This document shows, one piece after another, positions 15,634 to 17,384 of a stretch of DNA of 17,384 nucleotides. Position numbers and translations under genes: made by a program. Each line of letters begins with the position of its first letter. Positions within the stretch are counted from its first letter, which is position 1. Source of the stretch: Planctomycetota bacterium (lineage in GTDB: Bacteria > Planctomycetota > UBA1135); assembly GCA_045047305.1 (NCBI GenBank), contig JASFYO010000050.1:1-17384 (forward strand), written 5' to 3'. The notes beneath the pieces are model-generated. The model was not told the DNA's origin and made no database searches. It was given only the letters and a program-made list of their open reading frames with translations.

Positions 15634-16230
15634 GTCCGTGACGAGACCCCAGAGTTGTTGACCGCCGGATTTCTCATCCAATAACTTGCGGCACGTAATC
15701 CATTCCTGCTCTTCCATGTCCAACAAGCCTAGCCAGCCTTGTTCACAAAAGTCTCCTAGAAATTCACAGGAAGAACACAAGGCTTCAATTTCTGTTCGTA
15801 AACCAAGCAATGCAAAGGGCAAACGTAGTTCTACCCGCAGGCGTGGCACCACTTCAAGGCGACCGGCTGCGTCGAGTGCTCGGGCGGTGGATGCAGAATA
15901 AGCGCGGGCGAGACCGCCAGTCCCCAACTTCGTACCGCCCCAATAACGTACGCTAATGGCTGCGATTTGCTCTAAGTCGGAGCCTTCCAAGACCTGCAGC
16001 ATTGGTCGTCCCGCAGTACCGCCAGGCTCTCCGTCGTCATAAAAACGATAAGCCTTGCCGATGCGCCAAGCCCAGCAGTGATGGCGTGCTTTGGGGTGTT
16101 CGATTTTCAGTTCTTCTAAACGCGCGTGAAAGACATCTTCCTCGGGCGCGTGAAACACATAGGCTAGAAAACGGGAGCCACGATCCTCATGTTCGCCATA
16201 GCCTTCGCGCTCTGGGATGAAGACGGCCAT
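15628..16230 (-). CDS. yigZ: YigZ/IMPACT family protein
   Basis: GSRFLA, ARHHCWAWR, DDGEPGGTAGRPML, VRYWGGTKLGTGGLARAY. Confidence 0.93.
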   Translation of the reverse strand: MAVFIPEREGYGEHEDRGSRFLAYVFHAPEEDVFHARLEELKIEHPKARHHCWAWRIGKAYRFYDDGEPGGTAGRPMLQVLEGSDLEQIAAISVRYWGGTKLGTGGLARAYSASTARALDAAGRLEVVPRLRVELRLPFALLGLRTEIEALCSSCEFLGDFCEQGWLGLLDMEEQEWITCRKLLDEKSGGQQLWGLVTDC

Positions 16231-16237
16231 GACTTGC

Positions 16238-17092
16238 TTATGCGCCGAACAAAATTTCCGTACGTGCGCGCGCCTCTTCGGACTGGCACTTGGGGTCGGT
16301 CATGACCGCATAACGGAGGACGTCGCGCCATCTGGAATCTGGGAGTGCGCCGATTTTTGGAATAGCACGCGCGACTAGATCACGTACGTTCGCCGCATTG
16401 GCATGTGCGATTTTGATGACTTGCTGCACGTCTACATCGTCATGGTCAGGATGCCAGCAATCGTAATCTGTGACCATAGCGATACAGGCGTAACTCATGC
16501 CTGCTTCGCGTGCCAACTTTGCCTCTGTGACATTGGTCATGCCCACTATCTTGGCCCCCCAACTGCGGAACATCTCCGACTCTGCTCGAGTGGAAAACTG
16601 CGGCCCCTCGATGCAAACGTAAGCGCCACCACGTTTCACCGAGATGTCTAAACCCTTCGCTGCTTCCACCACGGCTTGCACCATTTCTGCGCAAACCGGC
16701 TCCGCCATCGGCACATGAGCGACGATGCCATCTCCAAAGAAAGTTTGACGTCGGCGGTAAGTGCGGTCGATGAACTGATCGATCATCACGAAATCGCCTG
16801 GTGCGTATTCTTCGCACAAGGAACCCACGGCCGAAACCGAAAGCAAGCGCTGCACGCCAAGGCTGCGCATAGCGTGTAAGTTTGCAAGATAAGGCACTTC
16901 GGTTGGAGTAAAACGATGTCCTCGTCCGTGCCGAGGCAAGAATGCGACCTCGGTTTCTCCAATGCGGCCCACTAAGAGGGTGTCGGAAGGGTTGCCCCAG
17001 GGAGTCTCTATCGAAACTTCCTGGGCGTCCTCCAATTGGTCCAGCGCGTAAACACCGCTGCCACCAATCACACCGACCCTCGCACTAGGCAT
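16238..17092 (-). CDS. mtnP: S-methyl-5'-thioadenosine phosphorylase
   Basis: GVIGGSG, TPWGNPS, FLPRHGRGH, SAVGSL, DQFIDRT, IEGPQFSTRAES, GMTN, MVTDYDCW. An AGAGGA Shine-Dalgarno lies 5 nt upstream. Confidence 0.95.
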   Translation of the reverse strand: MPSARVGVIGGSGVYALDQLEDAQEVSIETPWGNPSDTLLVGRIGETEVAFLPRHGRGHRFTPTEVPYLANLHAMRSLGVQRLLSVSAVGSLCEEYAPGDFVMIDQFIDRTYRRRQTFFGDGIVAHVPMAEPVCAEMVQAVVEAAKGLDISVKRGGAYVCIEGPQFSTRAESEMFRSWGAKIVGMTNVTEAKLAREAGMSYACIAMVTDYDCWHPDHDDVDVQQVIKIAHANAANVRDLVARAIPKIGALPDSRWRDVLRYAVMTDPKCQSEEARARTEILFGA

Positions 17093-17384
17093 CGTTGTCC
17101 TCTTTTTTGCCCCACGGGCTATCTACGGGGCTATCGCTAGAGCGCCCCTTATCTTGCGAGCCCTCCTCACGTTTCCAAGCTGGCTTTTGCGGACGCTCTT
17201 CACGTTCATCCCGCTTCCAGGCTGGACGATCCCCTCCTTCTGAACGTTGCGGAGACTGCGGACGAGCAGTACCCCATACGTTGGAACTTCCGCCGCCATC
17301 GCGATCACGGCTCTGGCCGCCACGGTAACCACCGCGGTCCTCGCGGTTGCGATCACCGCCGCCGCGATAGCCACCACGGTCATC
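17085..17384 (-). CDS. C-terminal 99 aa of a gene starting beyond the window: RGG/RD-rich low-complexity tail (not in the ORF track)
   Basis: Reading the minus strand from base 17384 gives DDRGGYRGGGDRNREDRGGYRGGQSRDRDGGG...DRPAWKRDEREERPQKPAWKREE...DSPVDSPWGKKEDNDA*, with TAG at 17087-17085. It overlaps the mtnP start by 8 bp (ATGCCTAG). Confidence 0.8.
   Translation of the reverse strand, partial: DDRGGYRGGGDRNREDRGGYRGGQSRDRDGGGSSNVWGTARPQSPQRSEGGDRPAWKRDEREERPQKPAWKREEGSQDKGRSSDSPVDSPWGKKEDNDA

Noticed and set aside
15606..15677. N-terminal extension of the ECF sigma (start 15677)
   Set aside because: It overlaps the yigZ 3' end by 50 bp. A TAGAAT box at 15630-15625 favours ATG 15605.
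17123..17383. 86-aa hydrophobic ORF (MTVVAIAAAVIATAR...)
   Set aside because: It is a shifted-frame shadow of the RGG-rich frame, which shows synonymous-variant peptide repeats and couples to mtnP.
1..17384. CRISPR array, tRNA/rRNA, transposase, integrase or prophage genes
   Set aside because: No spaced direct repeats, RNA gene signatures or mobile-element protein motifs were seen, and nearly all sequence is accounted for by CDS.

Overview
This is a densely coded bacterial chromosomal segment of moderately high GC. It is probably from Planctomycetota or a similar environmental lineage, inferred only from the multi-CarboxypepD_reg protein and general gene content. It holds 17 CDS, two of them cut by the window edges: hypothetical (partial), ASCH protein, QueC-GNAT fusion, M23 peptidase, Mrp/ApbC, a large membrane-anchored CarboxypepD_reg repeat protein, GGT, a secreted zincin, a DAO-family FAD oxidoreductase, a sensorless histidine kinase, a degenerate squalene/phytoene synthase-like protein coupled to DUF362, a putative lipoprotein, an ECF sigma factor, YigZ, MtnP, and an RGG-rich C-terminal tail missing from the ORF track. 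I saw no transposase, integrase, CRISPR array, tRNA or rRNA. The most notable features are: (1) an intact QueC fused in-frame to a GNAT acetyltransferase and coupled to an ASCH gene, with no other que genes nearby; (2) a ~154-nt intergenic element closed by a perfect 10-bp inverted repeat with nested stems; (3) three very short divergent junctions sharing one overlapping bidirectional -10 geometry with near-leaderless starts; (4) an Mrp lacking the Fe-S-binding CxxC loop; (5) an ECF-type promoter in front of the gene just downstream of the ECF sigma factor.
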